From: Prasinococcaceae sp. CCMP 1430
Taxonomy: Eukaryota; Plantae; Prasinodermophyta
DNA: 64,000 nt
Assembly: GCA_013416795.1 (NCBI GenBank)
Contig: RQSC01001079.1
Location: 150,938-214,937, forward strand
Direction of reading: 5' to 3'
Part shown: one piece after another, positions 1-10,971 of the stretch
How positions within the stretch are numbered: the first letter of the stretch is position 1
Layout: each line of letters begins with the position of its first letter
Made by a program: the position numbers and the translations under genes
Notes under the pieces: generated by a model
The model's input: only the letters and a program-made list of their open reading frames with translations
Database searches by the model: none
What the model was told of the DNA's origin: nothing

Positions 1-271
1 CGCCGCGGGCATGGACCTCGTCGCCGGCGTGCCGACGCCGGACGCCGCCTGGCTGAGCGCGACCTTCCGCGGCGCGGCGCCGCCCGAGGCGGCCGCGCGC
101 CGCATGCCGCCCCGCCCCGAGTGGGACGACCTGCCCGACGACGCCGACTACCTCGCCGCCAAGGCCAAGAGGGCGGCGGCTGACGCGGGCGGGGACGAGG
201 ACGAGGACGACGGCGCGGGCGGCATGGCCTGGCTCGAGGACGCCGTGGATGGCGTCGCGCTCTTCGACTAG
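1..271 (+). CDS. 3' end of a hypothetical protein (5' part outside the window)
   Basis: Open frame with host-like GC3-rich codons ending ...WLEDAVDGVALFD*. TGTAA lies at 391 downstream. Family not recognised. Confidence 0.5.
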   Translation, partial: AAGMDLVAGVPTPDAAWLSATFRGAAPPEAAARRMPPRPEWDDLPDDADYLAAKAKRAAADAGGDEDEDDGAGGMAWLEDAVDGVALFD

Positions 272-589
272 CGAGCGAGCCGGGTGGACGCGGTGCGCGT
301 GAGGTGATTGGGGGTAGCATGCCAACGCGCGACGGGATAGAAGGGGCGGCGGCGGACGCTGCGCGAGACGGGTGGTGGCGCACACCCCGCTGTAACGCCA
401 CCCCTCGCGGCAGCACAGCGCGCCACAGGAGACAGCACGGACATCCGCGCGCGCGCGAGCGCGCGAGCGAGCGAGCTCACGAGCGAGTGCGCGCGCCCTC
501 CGACGGGCCGGCGTGGCGCTACTGGTACAGGCATTCGTTCACAGGTGGGGCCGCGGCCGTAGGCGCGCGCACGCGCGCGCGCAAGCTCG

Positions 590-853
590 CTAGTCCACTT
601 GCCGCAGCAGCTCTCCGAGCTCGACGACCTCCCGCTGCAGCTCGGCGATGTGCGCGGGCACTTCGGCGGGGCGCGCCTCGGCGGCGGCGAACGTGGCGTA
701 GCCGCGCACGACGTAGTCGCCCCCCGGCCACGCCGAGCCCACGTGGCGCCTGTGCGCCTCGGCGTCGGCGCACCGCCGGTGGAACGCGGCGAGCTGCCGC
801 GACGCCTCCACGTAACGGCGCATCTTTCGCTGCTTCCACGACACCCACTCGTC
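590..853 (-). CDS. Orphan terminal exon of a hypothetical protein (DEWVSWKQRK...LLRQVD*)
   Basis: cag| acceptor at 856-854, strong coding codon bias, TAG stop. No upstream exons are identifiable. Confidence 0.5.
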   Translation of the reverse strand, partial: DEWVSWKQRKMRRYVEASRQLAAFHRRCADAEAHRRHVGSAWPGGDYVVRGYATFAAAEARPAEVPAHIAELQREVVELGELLRQVD

Positions 854-889
854 CTGCGCGCGAGGGCGCGCGCGCGCGCGCGGGCGTGG

Positions 890-1680
890 GCGCGGGCGGA
901 CTCGGCCGGCCGACCCTACGGCGGCGACGGCAAGACCGCCGCGGCGGAGACGTCGCGGTGGCTCGCGCACGCGGCCAGCTGGGGCTACGTCAGGTAGGCG
1001 ATGCGGCGCGTGCGCGTGCGCGTGCGCGTGCGCGTGCGCGCACCTCCGCCGCAAGAAGCCGCGATGCTGTGTATCCCAACCCCCAAAGCGCTGCAGGCGG
1101 CCGCTGCCAGCCATCGCACCGGACTCTGACGAGAGACGCGCTGCCGCGCGTACCGCCGTGCGCGGCGCTCCCCCTCCCCCACCCCACCCCCCAACTCCCC
1201 GTCCCCCTCTCAGCGTCCACGACGCGCCCCTCGCGACCGCAGCAGCCGTCCTGTCGATCGCCGACGGCGACCAGGGCGAGCTGTTCTTCTACATCGCCGA
1301 CTTCGACTCTGGGGCGTCGGGCGTCTCCGAGTGGAACGCTTCGCTGACGCTCAGCCAGGCCGGCCTCAACGCCACCACCGGGTGCGAGGCGCTGTCGCTC
1401 GACCCGGAGGACCCCAGGTGCGCCAAGGCCACCTACTCGGGCGTCATGCGCAAGGCGTGCTGCGGCGCCCAGACCAAGGGCAAAGCCGCGCTCTTCCGCC
1501 GCCACCCCGCCATGGCGAGCTGGCCGGAGGGCCACAACTTCCAGGTGTACGAGCTCGCGGTCTCGGACGTCTGGATCATCGACGGGTACGGCGGCGCGGC
1601 GACGTTCACGGGCAAGGAGTACTACGCGGCCAAGCCGCGCCACAACGTGCCGAGCTTCCCGCCCGCCAAGGGTGGCGCCG
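890..1680 (+). CDS. CREG: CREG-family (split-barrel, PNPOx-like) protein, partial; intron 994-1213
   Basis: Motifs SRWLAHAASWGYVS, SIADG, LFFY, NASLTLSQA, DPEDPRCAK, LFRRHPAMASWPEGHNF, VWIIDGYGG and EYYAAKP match CREG. The GT-AG intron restores the frame. Start and natural end are not evident. Confidence 0.8.
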
Positions 1681-1704
1681 CCGCCGAACGCGCCGCTGGC
1701 CGAG

Positions 1705-4700
1705 ATGCTGCCGCTGGCGGACGCCGACTCGCTCGCCCAGGCCGGCGACGAAGGTGCGCGCGCGCGCGCGGGGTCGCGCGGACCGACCGTCCGTGGGCGC
1801 GCGATCGCTGGTTGATGATCGCACGAACCCCCCTTGGCGCCTCCTTCACCCACCCGCTCCGTTGACTGACGCGTCTTGCCCGCCCGCGCCTTTTCCCCCT
1901 CGCTTCGCCACCCGCTCTCTCGCTTCCCCGCCCTTGCTCGTCCACCTCTCACTCCCTCTCTGACGCGCGCGCGCGCGCCCGCGCGCGTGATCGATCGCGA
2001 CAAAGGCGAGCTCTACGAGGACAGCTACGGGATGGTCGTGCCCGAGGCGGTGCGCGAAGAGATCGACATGTGGAAGCGCGCCCCAGAGCTGTCGTCCAGC
2101 CTGCCGATGGTGCGCCTCCGCTCCTCCGGGGAGGACGCCCTCGGCGAGGACGACGAAGACGAGCTGGGCGGCGTGGGCGCCCGCTTTCGCGAGGCGGCGG
2201 GCGCGCGCCCGGCCGACGTTCCCGCGGAGCGCGACTTCGTGGGCGAGCTCGCGGCGGGCGGCGGCATCTCCAAGCTCAACTGGCTCGTCGACGTCATCAA
2301 GCGCGTGCGGACCAACGCGGCGCGCGTCAGGCCGGGCGACTACCTGTAGGAGCTCATCTCGCCGCAGGAACCCAGCCCGAGCGGGCGCTACGCCGTTCGC
2401 CTGTACGTGTGCGGCGCGTGGCGCACCGTCGTGGTCGACGACAACATGCCTGTCGACCTGTTCGGCTGCCCGGTCCTCGTGTGGACACCAAAGAACGAGC
2501 AGCTGTGGCCCATGCTGCTCTCCAAGGCCGTCCTCAAGGTGATGGCCATGTACCGCGCCCTGGACCGCTGCGCGGCTGAGGACGTCAGCGCCTTCTGCTG
2601 GCTCACGGGGTGGGTCGAGGAGGTGGTGGAGCTCGGCGCGGGCGCGAGCGAGCGCCTCGCGGCGAGCGCGTCGGGCCTCCCCAGGGCGCCCGCGGTCGGC
2701 CAGCCTGCCGATGACCAGCCGCTCTTCGACCGCCTGATGCGCACGCTGCGCAGCGGCGGCGCCAGCAGCGCGGTCGTGCTCGCGCCGTCCAAGCGGGACC
2801 AGCAGGTGCCGCCGCGCATCCTCGCGCTCACGGGACCGCCGGGCGTGGGCAAGAGCGAGATGGCCGCCATGCTGCTCGAGCGCTACGCGGACAAGTTCGG
2901 GAGGTCGGTGTCGACGACCACGCGCGAGCCGCGCGAGGGCGAGGTGGAGGGCGAGCACTACCGCTTCGTCAGCCGCGCGGCGTTCGGCGCGCTGGTGGAC
3001 GACCCGAAGAGGTGCTTCCTGGAGCACTCCGAGACCTACGGCGAGCGGTACGGCCCCAGCTTGAGCTCCGTGCGAGACGTGGCGCTCGCCGGGCGGTGCG
3101 CAATTCTGTCCGTGGACGTGCAGGGCGTGCGCAACCTCAAGACCGACCCCGTGTTCGCGCCGCACGTGCGCTCGGTGTGCATCATGCCTCCGAGCATGGA
3201 GGCGCTCGAGGAGCGCCTCCGCAAACGCTCCACGCTCATGGAGTCGGTGATTCAGGGGCGCATCCAACGAGTGAGGGCGCTCTCGGCGAGCGTCGACGAG
3301 CTCGAGTCCGACGAGAGCGCCGCCGCGCCGTTCTTTGACGAGCGCATCACATCGCTGCACGCCGGCACGCACACGGACGTTTTCGAGTCCGGCTACGCGG
3401 AGCTCAGGGAGCTGTGCGCAAAGCTTTCGCCCATCGTGTACCAGATGGTCTATGGCTACCCCGTGCACGTGCTGGACTACGCCGACGTGATTCCGTCGAG
3501 CACCGTCGACAAAACCAAGGCCAAGCCGCTCGCCCTCTGCGGCGTGCCGGGCCTGGGGAAGCACGCGCTCATCGACAAGCTCATCGAGGAGTTCCCCAAC
3601 GTCTTCGCGCTGCCGCCGGTGCACACGAGCAGGGCGCTGGATGCAGAGCACGTCGACTGCTTGCACCCCGACCGCCTGGTGAGCGTGTCACGCGCGGAGC
3701 TCGCGCGTGGCGTCGAGGACGGCAAGTACCTCGCGCATTGGGAGAGCAAGCTGAGCGTCCACCAGGAAGAGGCCGACCTCTACGGCATTCTCATCGAGGA
3801 CCTGAATCGCATGTCGACCCAGGAGAAGAGGATCTGCCTGCTCACGCTGACGCTCGACGAAGTCAAGGCCGCCAAGGGCATCGAGGACTTCGACGCGGCG
3901 TACTGCTTCGTCGAGCCGCCCTCTCCGGAGGCGTTTGAGGAGTCCACGCGTGAGCGCAACAAGGAGAGCGACGAGCGCGTCAAGGAGCGCCTCGTGGGCG
4001 CCGCGGCCTACATGGAGGGCGGCGAAAACTATCAGTACTTCGATGAGTTCATCACCAACGACACCATCGATGACTGCTTTCTACAGCTCGAGGAGGTCAT
4101 CTCGCGCTCGAGGCCGGACATCGTGCCGCCCGGTAGGTTCATCGAGAAGCGCGGGCCGGGCCTGGGGGGGGCGCTGGTGGTCTGCGGCCCCTCCGGCGTC
4201 GGCAAAAGCGCGCTCATCGACATGCTGAAGCGCGACTTCGAGGATCGCTTCGGCTTCCCCGTGTCGCACACCACCCGCGACCCGCGCGACGGGGAGGAGG
4301 AGGGCGTCGACTACAACTACGTCAGCCGGGATGACTTCGAGACAGACGTTGCGATGGGGCGCTTCCTTGAGCACTCGGAGGTGGGCGGCGATCTCTACGG
4401 CACGTCCGTCGCGGCTGCCGAGGCCGTGAGCAACAACGGAAAGATGTGCGTGCTCGGCCTCAGCGTTGCGGGCGCCAAGTCGATGCGGGAGCGCTTGCTC
4501 GGTGGGCAGAAGGCCCTCTTCGTGTATGTCAAGCCACCGACGATCGATGCGCTGCGCGAGCGCATGCTCAAGGCATCGAGCGAGGAGGAGCTCACCGACG
4601 AACAGGAGGCGCGCCTCGCGCAGGCGGAGGAACAGATTGCCGACGCCACTGAGAACGCGGACATGTTTGATGTGACCGTCGTCAACAGCGATCTGGAGGA

Positions 4701-7700
4701 CGCCTTCGTGCAGCTGCGTAACGCGCTCGCGGCGGCCACCGATGGCTACCTCGAGGCGCTCCCGCGGCCACTGTGCCTCAACGGCCCCATGGGCTCGGGC
4801 GTGGCCAAGCTCGTGGACGCGTTGCTCGCCAAGTATCCGCAGTACTTCGACGTGCCTCTTTCGACGACCTCGCGGGCGCCGCTCGAGGGCGAGGCCGACG
4901 GCGTGGACTTCCACTTCGCAACGAAAGCATCGATGAAAGCGGCCAACGCCGCGGGCCAGTACCTCGAGTTCGCGGCGGACGACGAGGACGACGAGGGCGC
5001 GGCGCGCTCCGCTGCGGTCGAGGCTGCGGCTGCGGCGGAAGCCGAGGCGGACGCTGCGGCGAAAACCGAGGCGGACGCTGCGGGAAGCGACGGTGCAGAC
5101 GGCGCCAACGCGCCCGAAACAAGCAAGCGCAAGAAGCGCAAGCCCGCGCTCTATGCCACGTCCTACGCCGCCATCCGCCGCGTGCAGGCCTCCGGGAAGA
5201 TCTGCCTTCTGGAGGCCGACGCCTCCTCGATCGCGCGGCTGCGCAGCGAGGGCGTGGAGACCACGGCGGTGTACGTCGAGCCCGAAAGCGAAGCCGCTCT
5301 GCGCGAGGAGCTGCTCGGCAGGTCGCTCGACGAAGAGCACGGCGAGGGCTACGTCGACAGGGTAGTGGCCAAGAGCATTGAGGAAATGGGGGCTGTGCGC
5401 GCATCGCAGGCGGCCGCGGCCGCAGCTATCCATGCCAGCAGCGATGGGCCGGCGGGCGACGCGGGCAGCGATGGCGATGGGGGCGCCGACTCGGGCCAGG
5501 CGCAAAGCGACGCGGGTGCCGGCGAGGATGTCGACGCAGGGTCTGTCGCCATGGGCACGGTGGTGTACGATGACGTCGTGGTCAACCACGACCTCGAAGC
5601 CTCCGAGTGCCGCCTGCTGGAGGCTGCGCAGCGCTGCGCGCCGGGGCTCATAGAGGCGTGTGACATCTGGGGCAAGGGCCGCTCGCTGTGGGACCCCGCG
5701 ACCCGCGTGTACGGCAACCGCACCACCCGGCTCATCATCATCGGGCCGGCGGCGAGCGGAAAGACCACGCTTGCCGACAAGGTCGCCGAAAAGTGCGGCT
5801 GCCCGCGAATTGGGACGGGTGAGCTGCTGCACCACGCCATCACCTCGGGAAGCGAATTGGGCGCGCGCGCCAAGGAGGCGCTGGACGGTGGCGGCGTAGT
5901 GCCCGAGGAAATGCTCGTCGAGCTCCTGGTTGCGCGCGTGCAAGCGACAGATTGCGTGCAGCGGGGATGGGTGCTGGACGGCTTCCCGCGCACGCCGGCC
6001 GAAGCCGAGATGGTGCTGGCGGCAGGCGTGCAGTGCGACAAGCTTGTCGTGCTCGAGGTGGAAGACGAGGTTGCGCAGGCGCGCTCGGCGAGCCGCAAGA
6101 CCGACCCCGAAACGGGCGTGACGTACAACATGGACGAGTCCCCACCCGAGTCTGAGGAGGTGCTCGCGCGGCTGGTCACGCGAAACGATGACACGGAGGA
6201 AAACATGGTGGAGCGCCTGGACCTGTTCCATCAGGCCGTGGACGGCGTCCTGGCACACTTCGCGGACGTGTCGCTCAGCGTGAACGGCGCACGCGGCGTG
6301 GACGCCATCTTGGAAGATATCTTGGCCTACGTAGACCTCGAGGCGACTCTCGGCGCCGACGATCCTGAGGCAATCGAAATCGCGAGCGCAGACGTGCTGT
6401 CGGACGAGTCGAACCAGTGGTACGTCGCCGGGTTACTCAAGCTGCGTCGCATCCCGCTGGCTCTGCTCGTGCCCGCATCGCGGGGCAAAAAGAGCGACAA
6501 GACGCCGCGCTGGGCGGCGGTCGACACGCTCGAGAAGGAGTTCCGTTCCTGCCTGTTCAGCGTCGACCCGAGCTCGTTTGCGTGCTCGGCCACGGTCGAG
6601 CACATGACATCCAAAGCGCTTCCGCCCAACAAGCTTGTGCGCGCGACCGTCGAGAGCAGGTACACTCGCATGCTCGTTTCTCTCGATGTCGCGCCGGCGG
6701 AAGGGCCCGAGACGCTCGTGCCCTGCCACTACGACGTGGAACGCTTCGACTGGGCGACTCACCCGCCGCGCGAGTCGGTGTTGCGCCTGCGCACAGACGA
6801 GCAAAGCGGAGTGGAGACGCGCCTACGAAAGGGCGAACACTTGCTTTCGATGAGCGTCGATCCAGGCTTCCTGTACTGGGCGAGGTACCTGTCGGACGCG
6901 CCATTCACCGTGCAGGACGCGCCCGAGGCACTGAAGGAGCACCGTTCGATGTGCACGTTGGATGTCGGCGGTTCGTACGAAGCTCTCGCCGAGCCCGATC
7001 CCGAGCCGGTGTTCACGCTCTGGTTTCGCCACGGATTCTCCGTGCCCGAGTCCGCTGAGCGCGCTCTGATCTCGGCGCAGCTACTTGCCGCAGACGAGGA
7101 CGTCTTGCCCTTCGTGAACTTTGCTTTCGTGGACAACGATCTGGGCGACAAGACCGGTGGCGTGCGCTCGCTCTCGCTTCTGCGGTCGCTGCTCGAAGAG
7201 GTCAAGCCGAACGAGCACGGGTACACGTTGATGGCGTACTCGCTCAACCGCCGCGCGCTGGAGGGCGGAGACTACCGCCTGCAGCTGGCGTCCGACGTGG
7301 AGCTCGAGCCGGTGGAGAGCGCGCCATCCTCGGACCCGCACACCTTTTCTGAGGAGTACACGGCCAACAAGACCATGTCGCTCTTCAGATTCTTGGTGAC
7401 CGCCAAGGAGCGCACGCAGCTTGCCCTGCACCTCAAGACGGACGCCACCGCGACCTTCAAGCTCCACGTGGAGGATCCCGAGGTGGAGGGCGCTGAGGCC
7501 GCGCCCGAAGGTGGGGATTCGGGCGGCACCGAGGCCGAGGCGAACCCCCAGGCCGAGGCCGCTGAGGCCGCGCCCGAAGGTGGGGATTCGGGCGGCACAG
7601 AGGCCGAGGCGAGCGTGGGGGAGGGCGCAGACGGCGCGGCGGCGGAGCAGGGAGAGGAGGGGGACGCTGTCAGCGCAGATGAGGCTGCCGATGCAGGTTC

Positions 7701-8541
7701 CAGGGTGTCGGCACGCACGTGGAGCGGCGACACGACCCTCACGCTTCCCGCGGTGACTCTTGAGGCGGCTGAGCGTCCGTACCTGCTGCGCGCGGAGCTC
7801 GACGTGATCAGGTGCCCCTTCGACGCGGACACCCACCAGGCGCTGCCGATGCCGCTCAAGTGGGACCTCAAAGTCTACCCGAGCGTGCACGTGGACATCG
7901 CGAGAGACACCACGGAGGAGGAGGTCTTCGCCGCAGAGAAGGCGTCTTGGGCGGAGACAGACACGCAGCGTCCGGTGACAGCAAAGGCGTCGCGTGATGC
8001 GTACTTGGAGCGTGTGCGCCCGCGCGGCGAGGACGAGGAGCCGCCCGCGGCGCCCGCGCGCGAGTACACGCGCGGTGGCGGCGAGCCCGTCGCTGTGACG
8101 CTCGAGCCTGACGCGCGCGTGGTCGTGCAGAGGGCGGCGGAGCCACCGGCGGTCGGACCGCTGGGCGTCGTTCTCGCCGCCGGCGAAGAGCTCGCTGATC
8201 GTGTCGTGCTCGCCGCGGAGACCTACGAGGAGCGCCGCGCGGACATGGAGACCACGCTCGCGGCGGCCAAGGAGATCATCGCCGAGCGCGTGTCGCAGCG
8301 TGAGGGTGGCCACGCGCTGCGCGAGGCGAGCGCCGCGCGCGTGTCGGCGGCGCTCAGCGAGTGGCAGGAGTCGCGCATGGGTGCGCGGGCGGCGCTTGCG
8401 GAGCGCCGCGCGGCGTATGTGCGCCGCAAAGCCGACGAGGCCGAGAAGGCGCGCGCCGATGCCGCCGCCGCCGCCGCTGCGGAGGCCGCGCACGGAGGCA
8501 GCGGAGACGAGAATGAGCAGCCTACCGCCGCCGTTGAGTGA
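1705..8541 (+). CDS. FAP42: FAP42/androglobin-like central-pair protein: calpain-like N-terminus, 4 guanylate-kinase-like domains, adenylate kinase domain, androglobin-like C-terminus. Probable exons 1705-1753 and 2006-8541, with an in-frame TAG at 2347-2349
   Basis: GRYAVRLYVCGAWRTVVVDDNMP...LWPMLLSKA is androglobin-type calpain. P-loops GPPGVGKS, GVPGLGKH, GPSGVGKS, GPMGSGVA, with STTTREPR/SHTTRDPR GK motifs. ADK motifs IIGPAASGKTT and LDGFPRT. C-terminal RDTTEEE..KASWAETDTQR..AKASRDAYL. Start codon uncertain. Confidence 0.8.
7492..7612 (+). repeat. In-frame direct repeat (~52 nt matched, 69-nt spacing) encoding AEAAPEGGDSGGTEAEA twice
   Basis: gctgaggccgcgcccgaaggtggggattcgggcggcac at 7492 and 7561. 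Confidence 0.85.
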
Positions 8542-8717
8542 GGCGAGCGGAGGGCCCATGTAAAGTAGCGCGCACACCGCGCGCGCAAGCGCGCGCGCGC
8601 GCCAGCAACGCACCCACTCGCACGGGAGCAGCCGCGGCAATCCGGCATGCCATGGAGGAGAGGATCTCCGCAGCTGTGAACAAATAATGATGGGTTGTGT
8701 GTACATGGTCGGTGGGG

Positions 8718-9356
8718 TCACTGGTTGCCCGGGTACTTGTTGTGGTCGTTCCAGCCACGCAGCCAGTCCTTGCCCCCGGCCGTGCGCGTGCCCGCCTCGT
8801 CGACGACCTCCACGCGTGCGTCGACGTATTTCTTGACGCGCCGGTACACCGCGTTGGAGGCGAGGTGTTCGGGCGGCTCCTCTTGCCCGGTGAGCCACTT
8901 GAAGACGTCGGGGACCTCCTCATCGAGCAGCTGGGTCGAGCAACGGGCGAGCCGGAGCGAGTGCGGGCGTGCGGGGGCCTAGTCAGCGCGCGCACGCGGT
9001 GGATCTGGGTCTGGTGTGTGTGTGTGTGGTGGTGGGTGGGTGGGGTGGGGTGGGGTGGGGTGGGAGGCCGTTGCGGCACGCACGCACGCGAACGCACGCG
9101 CACGCACGCACCACCGCGTACTGTGTGAGCTCTTCAGCGGGCATGCCAGGCAGATGGTCCTGCGCCCACTTGCCGAGGATGAGATCGAGCTCCAACCATC
9201 CGCGCATGCCCGACCGGTAGATGAGCTTCTTCACCAGCACCTGGCGCGCCTCCTCCGTCATCTGCGGGGCGCTGCTTGCGCCCGCGAACGCGCGCAAGAC
9301 GCCCGCGGCGCCGCCACCGGGCGCACCGCCCGGGGTGCGGCGAGCCGCGCCAGCCG
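8718..9356 (-). CDS. SDHAF2: Succinate dehydrogenase assembly factor 2 (Sdh5/SdhE). Exons >9356-9112 and 8930-8718; start lies in the N gap
   Basis: KKLIYRSGMRGWLELDLILGKWA (RGxxE motif) splices to LLDEEVPDVFKWLTGQEEPPEHL. Confidence 0.9.
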
Positions 9357-9568
9357 NNNNNNNNNNNNNNNNNNNNNNNNNNNNNNNNNNNNNNNNNNNN
9401 NNNNNNNNNNNNNNNNNNNNNNNNNNNNNNNNNNNNNNNNNNNNNNNNNNNNNNNNNNNNNNNNNNNNNNNNNNNNNNNNNNNNNNNNNNNNNNNNNNNN
9501 NNNNNNNNNNNNNNNNNNNNNNNNNNNNNNNNNNNNNNNNNNNNNNNNNNNNNNNNNNNNNNNNNNNN
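9357..9568. other. Assembly gap (212 N)
   Basis: Run of N. Confidence 1.
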
Positions 9569-9589
9569 GCGGCGGCGCGGCGCGGAGCC

Positions 9590-10897
9590 ATGCCAGCGGC
9601 GGCGCAGACGCGCACGGCGCAGGCGGCGCCGTCGCTGCCGCTACCGCCGCCGATTTTGTCAAACGTACCCGGCACGTGGGCGTACGACACTATGTCACGC
9701 CGCGTGCGTGACGCCATCCTCGCGCGCCTCTACGACGACAACCCGGACTTGACCGACGCCCAGCTCGGCAAGTTGCGCGCGCTCGAGGTGGAACTCGAGA
9801 GCGCGGCCAGCACGCCACTCGCGCACGTGCCCGACGATGGAGGGCCCGATGTGCAGGTGTGGCGCGAGATAATGGAGCCACATGTCGGCACGTCGTGGCT
9901 TGACGCGCCGTGGGTGGTCTCGGAGTTCTACCTTTACCGGCGCATCCTGGCAGCTGTGGAGTGGTTCCAGACCGGCTTCGACCCTTTCCAAAAGCAGAAG
10001 GACGAGGGTCTTCGCGCGGCTGCTGTCGCGACGGCTGCGCTTGCCGCTCGTGCCAATGCCGCGGCTGCCCCAGGTGAGGCCGCCAGCGCGTCGAGCGTCG
10101 AGCTCTTGTTGCTGCTCGCCCTCTGGGGCAACCGCATGGACCTGTCGCTGTGGCCCGCTGGTGGTGAGGACGGCGCGCCCGACAGCGGCGCGCGTGCAGC
10201 GGCAGCCGTCGAGGAGGCGCTCGCTGCAGGCAGCGAGATGCTCCTGTGGGACGATGCGCTCGCAGTCGCCGAGCGGATTGCGGGCGCGCGCGCGGCCGCG
10301 CCAGAAGGCGGCTGCAGGGTTGACATCATAGTTGACAACGCGGGCTTCGAGCTGGTGTGCGACCTAGCGCTCGCCGACCACCTCGCGGCGACAGGGGCGG
10401 CCGATGAGATCGTCATTCATGCAAAGGGCCACCCGACGTTCGTGAGCGACGCCATGGAAAAGGACGTCGCTGCGACTGTGGCTGCGCTCTCGGTGAGCGA
10501 CGACGCGGGCGTGGCAGCCATGGGCGCGCGCTGGGCAGATCACCTCGCGATGGGCCGCTGGCGGGTGCGGGAGGACTGCTTTTGGGCACAGCCGACGCCG
10601 ATGTGGGAAATGCCGGAGGAGGTACGGGAACTGCTCGCTGGAAGCACAATGATTTTTGTGAAGGGCGATGCCAACTACCGTCGGCTGCTTGGCGAGCGAG
10701 ACTGGGCGCTCGACGCGCCTTTTGACGGCGTGGTGAGTTACTTCCCTGCGCCTGTGTGCGCGCTGCGCACCCTCAAGGCGGAGCTCGGGTGCGGCATGGA
10801 GCCCGCGCGCATCGAGCGCGCGAAGCAGTCGTCGCCTGACGATTGGATGGTGGCCGGCAAGTACGGCTGCGTGCAGCTGGGCTCGGCGCCCGAGTGA
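9590..10897 (+). CDS. DUF89/ARMT1-like damage-control metal-dependent phosphatase (may start further upstream, in the gap)
   Basis: Motifs DAPWVVSEFYLYRRI, DPFQKQK, LWGNRMDLS, IIVDNAGFELVCDL, HAKGHPTFVSD, FVKGDANYRRL and LRTLKAE. Confidence 0.9.
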   Translation: MPAAAQTRTAQAAPSLPLPPPILSNVPGTWAYDTMSRRVRDAILARLYDDNPDLTDAQLGKLRALEVELESAASTPLAHVPDDGGPDVQVWREIMEPHVGTSWLDAPWVVSEFYLYRRILAAVEWFQTGFDPFQKQKDEGLRAAAVATAALAARANAAAAPGEAASASSVELLLLLALWGNRMDLSLWPAGGEDGAPDSGARAAAAVEEALAAGSEMLLWDDALAVAERIAGARAAAPEGGCRVDIIVDNAGFELVCDLALADHLAATGAADEIVIHAKGHPTFVSDAMEKDVAATVAALSVSDDAGVAAMGARWADHLAMGRWRVREDCFWAQPTPMWEMPEEVRELLAGSTMIFVKGDANYRRLLGERDWALDAPFDGVVSYFPAPVCALRTLKAELGCGMEPARIERAKQSSPDDWMVAGKYGCVQLGSAPE

Positions 10898-10971
10898 CGC
10901 GCGCGCAGAAGTCGTATTGAGTGTAGTAGCATTTTATATACATTGGAATGTTGGCCGGCGCGCTCGTTCTA

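Noticed and set aside
2347-2349. Genome-wide reassignment of TAG to an amino acid
   Set aside because: Calreticulin, Rab7, CDC73, IF3, ARC6 and cyclin C all end at TAG at appropriate C-termini.
1846-8898. Long antisense ORFs (1846-3666, 4081-6258, 7081-8898 and many similar elsewhere)
   Set aside because: Shadow frames caused by high GC and codon bias opposite real genes. They carry no recognisable motifs.
8983-10897. ORFs spanning the N gap (8983-9717 - and 9221-10897 +)
   Set aside because: These are artefacts of translating through 212 N. SDHAF2 and the DUF89 gene are separate divergent genes.
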